Notes under the pieces: generated by a model
Databases searched by the model: none
Told to the model about the DNA's origin: nothing
What the model saw: only the letters and a program-made list of their open reading frames with translations
Part shown: positions 9,393-20,414 of the stretch, in pieces
Layout of the letters: every line of letters starts with the position of its first letter
How positions within the stretch are numbered: the stretch's first letter is position 1
Source: Naegleria gruberi
Lineage: Eukaryota
Strand: one strand, 5' to 3'
Assembly: GCA_000004985.1 (NCBI GenBank)
Contig: GG738897.1
DNA: 64,000 bases
Made by a program: the position numbers and the translations under genes

Positions 9393-11637
9393 ATGAGTGA
9401 CTCTGAATCAACGGCTTCGTCATCCAATATGATGGTGGATGAACAAACATCATCATCAACACGAAACGGAGATGAACAATCTGATAAGATGAAAGAGTTG
9501 GTCATTAAATATTTACAACAACAAGGATATCACCGATCATTGAAAGCCTTGGAGGAAGAAGCTATTGTCGGATCATCTTCACTGCCAGAATATGCAGCAG
9601 TTTTGGAAAGGGAAAGAATGATACGATCATCAGGTAGGTTTTGTAGTACAATAGTAATATAATGTTGTTATTAGGAGATTCTTTGAATAGTTTTCTAAGT
9701 GAAGCACCAAGTGGAAAGGGATTTCTTCAAGCCTATCAATCTCTCACAGATTGGGTATTCTCCTCTCTGGAAATCTATAAGGTATGTGTTGTATTATGGA
9801 CAGTCAATAATATTGAATATCATAATAATATTAGAATGAATTGATTCAAGTATTGTATCCTGTCTTTGTCCATTGTTATTTGGAATTAGTAAGCAAAAAT
9901 CATTCTGAGGAAGCTAGAAAATTCTTGAACAAGTACAAGACACAACATTCACATTTTCACTATGATGACATTTTAACACTTCAAAGTTTACAAACTCCTG
10001 AAATTGTAAATCAAAATGAATTTTCTAAAAGATTATTGTCACACAAATTTATAATCAGATTAAGTGAAGCTAGTTTTCACTTATTAATGAAGTTCTTACA
10101 AGACTCTAGTGAACTAAGACTTTTATCTATTCTCAATAGATTTGTTAATTTTAAAACATACAAAGGACAACCTAGCTTACAAGCACCAGCAATGATTGAT
10201 GGAATTCTTCTAATGGATCATGATATTAAAAGCCAACAACAAAAAAAGAAAAGAAAATCTGAGGATGTGGAAGGATCGGATGATGATGACTCTGAGGATG
10301 ATGACGACGAATTTGAAGCTATTTTCGGAAGAAATAAGAAAATTTCATGGGAAGTTGAAAACAGAGAAAAGGAGGAAGCATTAGCTGCCACTGCTGTTGT
10401 TCAACCTACTGCACCAACAGCACCTCAACCTAGTAGAAGAGGAAGAAAGAAAAAAGGAGCAGCCACAGCTCAACAAGAAATTAAGAAATTGATTGATGTT
10501 GCTAAGGAACAGGTTCCACCTTGTCCTTCTGCATGTTTCTATACACTTTTCAATTGTAATAATAATTTAAATGCTGTGGAAATCGGAACAAACTTTGAAC
10601 ACAAACCATCCAACTATTTTGTTGATGATGGCGATTTTGCTCCTCAATATAACCTAAGAAATGGTCCTGTTATTGCAGCAGGTTTTGCTGATTCTACTAT
10701 TAAATGTTGGAATTGGAGAACTCTTAATGGTACCATCCCTAATACTAAATCATATCAGAGAAATTATGAAAGTATTAATCTTGAAGATAATGAAAATAGA
10801 GAATGTCAATATGATACATTAATTGGTCACTCAGGACCAGTTTACTCCCTATCATTCAATTCTGATCAACAATGGCTTTTATCCTCCAGTGAAGATTGTA
10901 CAGTACGTTTGTGGAATGTCAATAATGCAGAATCTGTTGTTGTGTATAAGGGACATCAATATGCTGTTTGGAATGTTAGTTTCAGCCCAACAGATTACAT
11001 GTTTGCAACAGCATCACATGATCGTACAGCAAGACTTTGGGTTACTGATAGAGTTACTCCTGTCAGAGTTTTTGCTGGACATTTAGCTGATGTTGAATGT
11101 GTCAAATTCCATCCAAACTGTAATTATGTTGCAACTGGTTCTAGTGATAAGACTGTTCGTTTGTGGGATGTACAAACTGGAGAATGTATGAGAATGTTCA
11201 TAGGTCATCATGGGTCTATTAACACCTTAGCATTTTCACATGATGGTAGATATTGTGCCTCTGCAGGTGATGATGGTCAAGTTCTAGTTTGGGATATTGG
11301 ATCTGGAAAGATTGCTTACAAATTTATTGGACATACCAAACCAGTGTGGTCTCTTGACTTTAATAGAAATGACACTTTCCTTGCTTCAGCTTCATTAGAT
11401 TCAACTGTTAGAGTTTGGTCAATGTTTGACACTATTGATACAGGTTCTGTTGAGGGAAGTCAATCTGCTGCTCAAATCCTCAAAGAAAAGAAACTTGAAT
11501 TGGACAAGCACAAGATTATTTCAAAAGAACCATACAAGACTTACTATTCGAAACAAACACCAGTTTATTCACTCAAGTTCACACAACAAGACTTTATGGT
11601 GGCAGGTGGTGTTTTCACTCCAAATTTAACTTTGTAA
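9393..11637 (+). CDS. TAF5: TFIID subunit TAF5 (LisH + TAF5-NTD2 + WD40 propeller), 3 exons: 9393..9633, 9675..9781, 9835..11637
   Basis: Exon 1 carries the LisH motif (MKELVIKYLQQQGYHRSLKALEEEA). Exon 2/3 junction gives SLTDWVFSSLEIYK|NELIQVLYPVFVHCYLELV, the TAF5 NTD2 signature. C-terminus has WD repeats (GHSGPVYSLSFNSD, RLWNV, GHQYAVWNVSFSP, DRTARLW, GHLADVECVKFHPN, DKTVRLWDV, GHHGSINTLAFSHDG, VLVWDI, GHTKPVWSLDF, STVRVWS). Introns 9634..9674 (GTAGGT..TATTAG) and 9782..9834 (GTATGT..ATTAG). Confidence 0.85.
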
Positions 11638-11689
11638 AAGCAAAACTATTATAAATTATTATTATTAAATTTAATTTATTTAAAAAGTG

Positions 11690-11930
11690 GAATACTGTGA
11701 AAAAAGGGAAGGAAATTTGATTTCAAAAAGAAGGAGGGAATATTGTGTGGTAGTCTAATCTCCTATAAATTGTTTGTTGTTGTTATTATTACTCTAATAA
11801 ATAGGAGAGAGAAAATAGTGAAATGAGAAAGAATGGAAGAGAAAGTGTGTGTGGAAAAAGAAAGTGAACAAAGATGAGCACTTCGGGGAGAGAGAAGGTT
11901 ATGTAGTGTTGTTGATAGATGGTTTCATAT
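11690..11930 (+). repeat. Polypurine (A+G-rich) tract in the 3' intergenic region between convergent TAF5 and the 11952..12347 gene
   Basis: About 240 nt that is almost entirely purine on the plus strand (gggaaggaaatttgatttcaaaaagaaggagggaa...gagagagaaaatagtgaaatgagaaagaatggaagagaaagtgtgtgtggaaaaagaaagtgaacaaagatgagcacttcggggagagagaaggttatg). Confidence 0.6.
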
Positions 11931-11951
11931 GATTATTGAAGCCATCACAAA

Positions 11952-12347
11952 TTATTGATTCTTACAACCACCAGCATTTGCTTTTCCTTCTTCCTTTGGT
12001 GCTGTCCTAGAGAGTTTCTTTCCTTCAATAACATCCTGAGCAGTACAAACAATTCCATCAAATTGACCAACAGCTACACCATGTCGAGCCAATTCAATAG
12101 CTTTTTCAGCTCCCTTTTCCTTGTTAAATTGTATCACAGCAGAGCTGAAAACGAGGGCATTAGCTTTGATCACATCAATAGAACTAATTCCTCCACTAAC
12201 TTTCTCAAAGAATTCTCGAATTTGTTTTTCTTCAGCAACGAAAGGCAGTTCAAATACTACAATTGTTCGTTTCAAAAGTTTTTCACCTTCCTTATCGTTG
12301 AGCATTTCTTCAAGTTTTTGTTTTATAAGATTTCTTGATGTAGACAT
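11952..12347 (-). CDS. Small hypothetical protein, possibly an RRM-like fold (RNP2-like TIVVFELPF, RNP1-like SAVIQFNK)
   Basis: 131-aa ORF with start ATG and ordinary composition. The opposite-strand ORFs 11955..12338 and 12121..12375 are low-complexity and rejected. Weak pattern match only. Confidence 0.35.
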   Translation of the reverse strand: MSTSRNLIKQKLEEMLNDKEGEKLLKRTIVVFELPFVAEEKQIREFFEKVSGGISSIDVIKANALVFSSAVIQFNKEKGAEKAIELARHGVAVGQFDGIVCTAQDVIEGKKLSRTAPKEEGKANAGGCKNQ

Positions 12348-12618
12348 TTTCTATATATTTGTTTTAATTATTTGATGATGAAATCCTTGTCCAAGCTGTT
12401 TATCGTTGTGTGTGTTCTTCTCGGGTTGATGATGGCAGCTTGACAGCAATTATTTTTTTTAAATTGTGATGGATGCTTGACAAGTGAAAAAAGCAGCAGC
12501 GATGTTAACCAAAGGTGAGAAGACGGAATAACGTTTCTCATATTCACAAAATATGTAAATAATAGTTATTATTCAGTTAGTATTCTTTAAAATTGGATAA
12601 TTATTCTATTGTACTAGT

Positions 12619-13071
12619 TTACCACTTTTCATTGAGTAATTTGTAATATTCTTTCAGTTCCTCGTCATCCTCTGAAATATTATCATTTGATGATTTAAAA
12701 TTCAGACTCTTCAAAGTTCTTGAAGGCAAAGAAGGCTTTTGAATAGTTGTAGATGATACAGTATATTGAGTCGATTCCCACTGAAACCCTTCTCCTTTCT
12801 TTATGGTTGATGTTGAAGGAGGAAGCCTTTCATTATCAAATGAATCATTCCTTGATAGAGAAGGTTCTTGTTTTGAAGGCTTAGTTGATTTGAATTCATT
12901 ATCCTTGATCGTTGTTTTGTTTTGTTTTTTCCTCTCCTTTCGTGAGTTGATTTGATTTCTTTGTTTACGAGTCGATGAAGGAACACCTAATGTAGGACTC
13001 TTTGGAGCCTTCTTCTTCAAGACGATCATCTTTGATTGAGGTGAAACTCTTACTGTATGAGTGGTGGTCAT
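12619..13071 (-). CDS. Hypothetical basic, Ser/Lys-rich protein (150 aa)
   Basis: Uninterrupted ORF with ATG; K/R/S-rich (KKKAPKSP, RKERKKQNK); acidic C-terminal tail. No recognisable domain. Confidence 0.3.
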   Translation of the reverse strand: MTTTHTVRVSPQSKMIVLKKKAPKSPTLGVPSSTRKQRNQINSRKERKKQNKTTIKDNEFKSTKPSKQEPSLSRNDSFDNERLPPSTSTIKKGEGFQWESTQYTVSSTTIQKPSLPSRTLKSLNFKSSNDNISEDDEELKEYYKLLNEKW

Positions 13072-13306
13072 AGTGAGTTGTTTTTTTTAAATTTTATTTG
13101 TAGACTTAATCATTCAATTTGGCGCCTAATTTCTTTCCACAAGAATAAGAGTTCCCAATGCTGATGATGTAATAATTATCTTCCTATTGCATCAATATTC
13201 AAAAGGAATTACTTGTTAGAAGAAACAAATATGATTTCTTGGAAGGCTTGTGAAGTTATATCCCCGTAAGCTAGCCGTTACATTTTAAAATTTAAAAAAA
13301 AGGCAA

Positions 13307-16153
13307 ATGTTCAGATCATCACCAAGTAGTCCCTCCGAAACTCAAACTCTTGTCGCTTGTTCTTCTCCTCTCTCATTGATGGGCTTTTCTGATGATGAAG
13401 AGGATGAACAGCCAAAACATGAACTTAACATCCACACACCAATTACACCTCAAATTAAAAACATTCCTTCTCATAATAATTTAATGAATTCTCCACTAAA
13501 GTCTCCTCCGAATACTAATACATCAAATGGTAAATTATTACTCAATCTTCAACAAGGTAGTACTTCCATCACTAATAAGAATCCATTCAATATGAGCAAT
13601 ACAATGGATAGTAGTGATGATGATTTATTGGTTGATATTGATTCTCCACTATTAGAATTTGGACAAGACAATGTATTTAATAACAACACCACCACCTCTA
13701 CAGCAATTAATAGAAACAACAATTCAGGAAAGTCTTCAAGTGATTCATCATCTTCGGAGAAGACTTCCCAAGGAGGCTCCTCTGATACATCATCAAGTTC
13801 TTCAAGTAGTAGTAAGAAATCTTCATCACTTAAAGGCAGCAATAGCAGTAATAGTATTGCAAGTACGAGTAATACTAATAATAATGGAGGATCAACTCTT
13901 ACTATTAAGCCAAAGGCTAAATCCACAAAAGAAAAGAAAGAAAAGAAAGAAAAGAAAGAAACTAAATCTCCAAAGAAAAAGAAGGAAACTCCAAAAAAGA
14001 AAGTCGAATTCAAGAAGGTGGAAAGTAGTTTCAGTGACAGTAGTCCATCACCCCAAAGAGAATCAGAAAGTTCTAAGAAGAGAAAGAAATCCACTCCTGA
14101 AGAGGTTCCTAAAAAGTGGAAAAAGAAGAAAGTGGAAGAAGTTCCTCCTCTAGCTCAACCACCTCCATCAGTTGGAGGAAAGAAAAGTCTCTGTCGACAA
14201 TTTACTGACATGATTACAGAAATTAAAAAGACAGCAAAGAAAAAGAAGTATCATGATGATTTGGATGTGAGTGAGGATGATTCAGATGATTTGATGGATA
14301 TTTCATCAAGTGAGGAGTTGCTATCTTCTGATTCAGAGGATGAAGTGGTTGTGAGAAAGAGAAAGAAATTAACTCCAAAGAAAAAGAAGCTCTTTGCAAA
14401 TATGCGTTTTGTAATTTCAAATTCTCTTATTGAAAGTGATAAAGAAAAACTGGAAAAGAAAATTAAGGAAGAAAATGGAACAATTATAAGACAATTATCA
14501 TCTAGTAATTTGGATAGTTGTGAAATTGGTAAAACTGTACTCATTTCAGAAAAGACATCAACAAAACCAACCTATTTAATTGCACTATTACTCGATATTC
14601 CAATACTGAAGAAGGATTGGATATTCGATTCAATTACCGAGAAGAAACTCATAACAGATGAGAAGACTATACAGAAGTATCTATTAGATAGAGGTACAAC
14701 TAGTTCTAGATTGGATCCATCTACTCTTCATGTTGAAAAACAAACATTCAATTCATCAATGATGTGCTGTAAAAAGGAAAATAGAATTTTCTATGGTTGT
14801 CGAGTGAAGATTTTGGGAAATGAAAAAGAATTGTCCAGTTGGATCAGTATATTGGTTGCTGGTGGAGCCATCATAGATAATGAATTGACTACACAAACAA
14901 GTGAAGGATCGAATTTCATTTTTGTAAAAGATTCGAATAAGCTTACTGAAGAAGATGTGGAGAAGGCAACATCTATGAAGCTTCCAATACTTGATGGAGA
15001 AAGTTTGCTTCAAATTGTAATTACACTAGAAAGAAAATTCTCAGAAGAGCAAGTTTTAAACTATGCAGAGCTTTCGCAGATAACTAGAAAGATGCAACCA
15101 CTTCCTTCGATCAATCTATTGGAAATGTCAATGCCACTAATTGAATTGCCAGATGAAACTGATGTTATCAACAATATGGATCTCATAGATAAGATTGAGT
15201 TTGGTAACTTTTTTAATATTAATGAGAAAGATTCCATTCAAAAAACCTCATTCACAAGAGTTACAACTTGTAGTGGTGATACTATATGTGAAAAGTATTA
15301 CATTCATGATATGGTTGTTTTGGATTATTTGAATGAGGAGTTAATTTGTAGAATAGATAGTTTATACTATTGTGGAAATATTCCAACACTAAGGGCTACC
15401 CAATATTATTCGAATCCAAAACGAAAGCTTCAAAAAACTGAAAGAGTAGTCAATTGTTCCGTAGAGCATATCAAGTACAAGCTTAATATTTGTGGACCTA
15501 CCCGTCACAAATCCCAACACTTTTATTCGAATCAACGTTTCAACACCAAGACACAGGTCATTTCTGATATTTTGGAAGATATCAAAACAGTTGGAGAAAC
15601 TTGTCTTGGCTTGGAACAATGTAAAGAGCACAAATTCAAATGGCTACCACCTTTCAAAACCAATATTTTCAATGACCACATTATGGTTAGCACACTCAAA
15701 TGGAGGAAGCAATTATTCCAACAGGGAGACTTTGTTCTCATCAAACAAAAACAATCTGATTTACAAATTGTTGGATGCATAACAGAGATGAGGGAGAATG
15801 ATACCAATATTTTCGCCATTCCATCTTCCAGAAAGTTTCCAATTTCACAGGGATCACTCTTTGTGGAAATATTCGAAAAGCTCGACCAAGATTTTTGTGT
15901 ACTCTCCAAAAACTCCAACGTGATAACAACAACAACTGATAACCACCAACAAGGAAACACTGTTGTCAGTCAATTGTGTGTGAATAACAGTAATAATCAA
16001 CAGTACAAGACAACTCACCAAGTTTCAAGATTGGATGTTGAATCTATTCAGCACATCCAATCATTTGTAGCCATTAATGGTCAATTAATTGGAGACAATT
16101 CAATTAACACGCTAGTCCAACAATACTCTAACAATCTGATCATCATCCACTAG
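13307..16153 (+). CDS. Tandem BRCT-domain protein with long low-complexity Ser/Lys/Glu N-terminus (948 aa)
   Basis: Two BRCT-like modules: KKLFANMRFVISNSLIESDKEKLEKKIKEENGTII...KPTYLIALLLDIPILKKDWIFDSI, and IFYGCRVKILGNEKELSSWISILVAGGAIID...NFIFVKDSNKLTEEDVEKATSMKLPILDGESLLQIVI. Antisense ORFs 13549..14094 and 13659..14153 lie in the repetitive (AAG/GAA)n segment and are rejected. Confidence 0.5.
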   Translation: MFRSSPSSPSETQTLVACSSPLSLMGFSDDEEDEQPKHELNIHTPITPQIKNIPSHNNLMNSPLKSPPNTNTSNGKLLLNLQQGSTSITNKNPFNMSNTMDSSDDDLLVDIDSPLLEFGQDNVFNNNTTTSTAINRNNNSGKSSSDSSSSEKTSQGGSSDTSSSSSSSSKKSSSLKGSNSSNSIASTSNTNNNGGSTLTIKPKAKSTKEKKEKKEKKETKSPKKKKETPKKKVEFKKVESSFSDSSPSPQRESESSKKRKKSTPEEVPKKWKKKKVEEVPPLAQPPPSVGGKKSLCRQFTDMITEIKKTAKKKKYHDDLDVSEDDSDDLMDISSSEELLSSDSEDEVVVRKRKKLTPKKKKLFANMRFVISNSLIESDKEKLEKKIKEENGTIIRQLSSSNLDSCEIGKTVLISEKTSTKPTYLIALLLDIPILKKDWIFDSITEKKLITDEKTIQKYLLDRGTTSSRLDPSTLHVEKQTFNSSMMCCKKENRIFYGCRVKILGNEKELSSWISILVAGGAIIDNELTTQTSEGSNFIFVKDSNKLTEEDVEKATSMKLPILDGESLLQIVITLERKFSEEQVLNYAELSQITRKMQPLPSINLLEMSMPLIELPDETDVINNMDLIDKIEFGNFFNINEKDSIQKTSFTRVTTCSGDTICEKYYIHDMVVLDYLNEELICRIDSLYYCGNIPTLRATQYYSNPKRKLQKTERVVNCSVEHIKYKLNICGPTRHKSQHFYSNQRFNTKTQVISDILEDIKTVGETCLGLEQCKEHKFKWLPPFKTNIFNDHIMVSTLKWRKQLFQQGDFVLIKQKQSDLQIVGCITEMRENDTNIFAIPSSRKFPISQGSLFVEIFEKLDQDFCVLSKNSNVITTTTDNHQQGNTVVSQLCVNNSNNQQYKTTHQVSRLDVESIQHIQSFVAINGQLIGDNSINTLVQQYSNNLIIIH

Positions 16154-16213
16154 TGATGAATTTGCAATGCCACATGTCACTACTAATTATTATAATGAAA
16201 CACCAATAAAAAA

Positions 16214-19200
16214 ATGAGCAATTCCAACCCGAGAGGAGGAGGATATGGTGAGTCAGCATCATCATCTCTGGGTGGTGGTGGTCAAGTAAAGGAATCTAAA
16301 CGATATACGATGGATTTTAAAAAACTTGGTCTCAATCCCATGAATTTGAATAAATCATCAAATAATAGCAAGACAAATAATTTAGGAGGAGCTAACAGTT
16401 TATTACAACAAATAATTAATGATGATAAGAATTATCATTTGCAACAAGTGGGTGAAGTGATTGAAGGACAAACTACGGAGGGAATTAATGATGTGTTTTT
16501 TAATGTACCTCCAGGTAAATTTAAAGTACAAGTTTCGAATACGACTGGAACTGGATTGAGAATATTTTCATCTGTAGTGTTGAGAGCTGATGTTTCATGT
16601 CAATCATCAGTGACATCAACTATTCAAAATGATAATGATCAATTACATAATTCAGAAAATATAGAAAAAGGTAATTCATGGAGTACTCTTGTTACAACAC
16701 CAATGGATTCACAACAATCTACAATTAGAATTACTTTATTTTGTGAACCACCTGATGCTAAATGTAGTTACAAAATTCAAGTTCATCAAATTTTTAATAT
16801 TGTACATACTAAAGGTTTCGAATTGGGAAAAGGTGAGGAAAATGATTACAAATTTGATTTGAGTCCTGGTCAATATCACATATTTGTTCAATCATTGAAT
16901 TCTCAACCATTTGCTTGTAGTTATCAATTAGCCAATTCTACAAGTTATTCAGAGGATAATATCAAAGATTTAAAGATTCTTCCACATCCAATTGTGGTCA
17001 TCATTGAAGATGATCAACAACAGAGTACCAATTTACTTGATGTGAAAGTTGCATCAAAAACACAAAAAGCAGTCAAGGCAAAATTATTAATTTTACAATC
17101 TATTAGTGAATTTGAATTGAAAAGAACTCTGGATAGTGAACAGAGAGTTACAATTAATGAGTTTAAATCATTAATTGATGATAGTTACAGAGAAAGAAAT
17201 GTAGAAACAATGCAAGGATTGGAATTAATGTTGACAGATTTATATGAAAAGAAGGGGTCAAGATTTCAACCTATTCATGCCTATGGGAAGGCAATGAAAA
17301 CTCATTTGGAAGAATCTTTGGAATTGGAAAAACAGTTAAAAGAAATCACTCATGTTGATAATAATTTGTTAAAATCAAATTTGTTGGACAATTTGATTAA
17401 ACAATTTAAGAATTTGAAATACTTGACAGAGAAAAACAAACTTGACACTAAGGTTTTGATCAATCTTTCTGAATCAGAGCAAAAAGTAATCAAATTCAAG
17501 GAAATTGTAAAGAAAATCAATGAATGGAAACCAAAATTGAAGGAAGTCCTGCACAATCCAGACAGCAAAGTTCTCCAGGAAACACTTGATCAAATTAGTG
17601 ACGATACACTTTTACAAGATGATTCGTGCTCTGAAATTATCAATAACATGCTTGAAGAACCGTCAATTTTGCTGAAACGACTTCAAGCAGTTGACAAGAC
17701 CAAAAAGAAAATCAAAAAGTTCGTTGCTGAGGAAAATGAAACTGCTCTTCAATCACTTAAACCTGTCATTGAAGATTATGACAAGGTAGAGAGAAAATAC
17801 ATTGAAAAGGAGTATAATCTCATTCTCCAAACATTGGAAAAGATTAGTTTGAGAAAGAATGCAGAAAAGAAATTGAGAGAAGCCATTTTAACAAAACAAA
17901 CTCACAGAATTGGTGCTGATATCAAAGCTTTTGAACCATATCTGAAAGGAACTGATCTACTCAGAGATGCCAAGCAAATATTGGAAGATTTACTTGACAA
18001 TGGTGATGCCGACGTTTCTAAATATTTACATGGAGCAGATGAGGTGATTGTTGCTTCTCCACCAATTCAAAAATCAACACCCAAACAACCAGAACCTAAA
18101 AATCCATCGAGTCCAGTAGTGAAAATTCCACTCACCAACAAGGAAGATTTACTGAATAGTTTACTTGCTGAGGATGATGGCTTACCGAGTGCCAGAGGAG
18201 AAAATACAGAACCACTGAAAGCAACAACAATTAATTCGCCAACCACTTCAACAAGTGCTGTTGAACCATCTACTGCCTCCTCTGTTAAATCGCCACAGGA
18301 GGAACAAGTTCAAACTGAAAGGGAAAAGAAGGATGCCTTGTTGAATTCCATTCTTGCAGATGATGATGGATATGAAGAACAAGTGACCAATATTCAACAA
18401 CCATCAGCAGCTGTTGTTGCAACAAAAACGGTCAAGAAGATTCCAACCAAGATTTCAATTCCAAAAACTAAAAAGATTACAAAAAATAGTGATTCTGGTA
18501 AGATAATCAACTCTATCAGATCTCCAATGACAGATAAACAAAAGACTGGAAGTACAGATACTCAATCTGATATTAGTGAGCTTTCTGATAGTGATTACGA
18601 AATGTCAGATGATGAAGATGAAATTCCAAAACCAAAAGCTTCACTTTTAGAATCACTTGGATCAATATATAGTGATGTGTTAACAGAGGATGACAAGAAG
18701 AGTTCTGAAAATATTGCATCATCACCAATACCACTTGATATTCTTTTGAGAAAACCATCTTCAACTCCAACTGAAATACCAAAGAAGGATCAAGACTTTA
18801 CTCCAAAGAATAGCAGTCCAATCGTCAGTTCCATGTCTCCAAAGGAACAACAACCATTGCCAACCATTAAAACAAGTATTGAGAAGAAAGCAGAACAAAC
18901 AGTTACCTTCTCTCCTCAATTTCCAACTCCAAAACCTAAAAAGACAGTCTTCTCTCAAGCATCTGTTCTCCAAAATAAGAAGCAATGGCAAGATGAGTTG
19001 AAGCAGAAAGAAAACTCACTCTTGGAGAGATTTGAAAGGATGATTTCCAAACCAGTGAGTAATACATTGGATATTAACAATAAGGAAATGGTAAAACTCA
19101 TGATGAGACAACACAAAATATCAAACCATCCTCTGCTTAATCAACTTCACCAGGAAATACTCATTCTCATTAATAGCAATGGAGGCGATCCTAGAAATAA

Positions 19201-20413
19201 TGGTGTGATAACAGTCACCAAATTTGATCATTTTGTGGAACATGATATTGTGTATAGTCCAATTAATACTCAAAATGGAACACTTTCACAATATACAGCT
19301 CAATACTATGATCACTTTATCAAAATATTGGCAAGTGTTTGTTTGAATAGAACTAAAAAGAAGTTCTTTGGAATGTCAGAAAGAACATTCTACAGTATTC
19401 TATACGATTGTGTTTCTGATAACAGTTTGGTAATGATTAATGATCCATCACTGAGATATATGAATACTCATAGAATTCACTTGTTATTGGAATATTTTGA
19501 TTCAAAGAAATATGCCCAGAAATATCAACAACAATATCAACAATCCAAGGATATTAGTTTAATGGAATTCTTGTTGGATATTGGTGAATTGGTTGATATT
19601 TTCAATTTTATTTGTAAATATTGTAATAATTACTTATCAACAGTTTATGATCCAACATCAATCATGGTAGATAGTACTCATAGAGATGAATTCCTCTCAA
19701 TTGTTGAATTATTGAATCAGATGAACTTTTGTTTAGGATACACTCCAAAAAAACTTGATGTTTATGCAATTAATATTCATTTGAAAGGAAGTGTTGAAAA
19801 TGTACTTCAACTCACAAGAGCAACAGAGGATATTGCTAAATTTGTTGGATCTAAGAAGAATCTCAAAGTTGATGATCTAGTTCACATATCAAAGTTTGCC
19901 AGATGTACTCTGTGTCCAATTCTTGAACGAATTTTCAAGCAGGGAATTAAATTCCAATCAGTAATGAAAGGATACTATCACATATGGAGTGTAATTCTTG
20001 AAATGTTTTATTATTTACAATATCAATTGCCTGATTATGTAAAGAGTGGGTTGTCGACTGCCATTGCCCAACAGGAATTAATTGACACTTCAGGTTTGAG
20101 TAATGAACAATTACACTACTTTGATTTTGTTCATTACACACTCCTTATTTCTAAATCCATTACTAGAAACGAGCTGCTTTTCGATAGGCATTTACATTTT
20201 AGAACTTGGTTGTGTTTGGCATTGAATCATCACAGATTATTCAATTTTATTAATTTAATATTCAAGAATCAAGCTATACTGAAGAGATATTACAATATTG
20301 AAGCATCTATATTAGATCCTCACGTTCAAGAATTAATATTATCATGTGTGAACACACTGTGTGAAATTGATTTCCAAATCAAATTGGACCATCCTGAAAT
20401 GTATAATTTTTAA
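16214..20413 (+). CDS. Large hypothetical protein (1399 aa), coiled-coil middle, conserved-looking globular C-terminal region; no domain recognised
   Basis: Single uninterrupted ORF with ATG at 16214. Heptad-like K/E-rich segment at about 17000-17900; Ser/Pro/Thr-rich linker at about 18050-18950. Stop at 20411-20413 lies 1 nt from the Spo11 stop on the other strand. Confidence 0.5.
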   Translation: MSNSNPRGGGYGESASSSLGGGGQVKESKRYTMDFKKLGLNPMNLNKSSNNSKTNNLGGANSLLQQIINDDKNYHLQQVGEVIEGQTTEGINDVFFNVPPGKFKVQVSNTTGTGLRIFSSVVLRADVSCQSSVTSTIQNDNDQLHNSENIEKGNSWSTLVTTPMDSQQSTIRITLFCEPPDAKCSYKIQVHQIFNIVHTKGFELGKGEENDYKFDLSPGQYHIFVQSLNSQPFACSYQLANSTSYSEDNIKDLKILPHPIVVIIEDDQQQSTNLLDVKVASKTQKAVKAKLLILQSISEFELKRTLDSEQRVTINEFKSLIDDSYRERNVETMQGLELMLTDLYEKKGSRFQPIHAYGKAMKTHLEESLELEKQLKEITHVDNNLLKSNLLDNLIKQFKNLKYLTEKNKLDTKVLINLSESEQKVIKFKEIVKKINEWKPKLKEVLHNPDSKVLQETLDQISDDTLLQDDSCSEIINNMLEEPSILLKRLQAVDKTKKKIKKFVAEENETALQSLKPVIEDYDKVERKYIEKEYNLILQTLEKISLRKNAEKKLREAILTKQTHRIGADIKAFEPYLKGTDLLRDAKQILEDLLDNGDADVSKYLHGADEVIVASPPIQKSTPKQPEPKNPSSPVVKIPLTNKEDLLNSLLAEDDGLPSARGENTEPLKATTINSPTTSTSAVEPSTASSVKSPQEEQVQTEREKKDALLNSILADDDGYEEQVTNIQQPSAAVVATKTVKKIPTKISIPKTKKITKNSDSGKIINSIRSPMTDKQKTGSTDTQSDISELSDSDYEMSDDEDEIPKPKASLLESLGSIYSDVLTEDDKKSSENIASSPIPLDILLRKPSSTPTEIPKKDQDFTPKNSSPIVSSMSPKEQQPLPTIKTSIEKKAEQTVTFSPQFPTPKPKKTVFSQASVLQNKKQWQDELKQKENSLLERFERMISKPVSNTLDINNKEMVKLMMRQHKISNHPLLNQLHQEILILINSNGGDPRNNGVITVTKFDHFVEHDIVYSPINTQNGTLSQYTAQYYDHFIKILASVCLNRTKKKFFGMSERTFYSILYDCVSDNSLVMINDPSLRYMNTHRIHLLLEYFDSKKYAQKYQQQYQQSKDISLMEFLLDIGELVDIFNFICKYCNNYLSTVYDPTSIMVDSTHRDEFLSIVELLNQMNFCLGYTPKKLDVYAINIHLKGSVENVLQLTRATEDIAKFVGSKKNLKVDDLVHISKFARCTLCPILERIFKQGIKFQSVMKGYYHIWSVILEMFYYLQYQLPDYVKSGLSTAIAQQELIDTSGLSNEQLHYFDFVHYTLLISKSITRNELLFDRHLHFRTWLCLALNHHRLFNFINLIFKNQAILKRYYNIEASILDPHVQELILSCVNTLCEIDFQIKLDHPEMYNF

Positions 20414-20414
20414 T

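Noticed and set aside
13549-14153. Overlapping ORFs 13549..14094 (minus) and 13659..14153 (plus) within the BRCT gene
   Set aside because: Both fall in the (AAG/GAA/TCT)n low-complexity segment encoding the Ser/Lys/Glu-rich linker. Their products (poly-L/F and poly-K/R) are typical repeat-frame artefacts.
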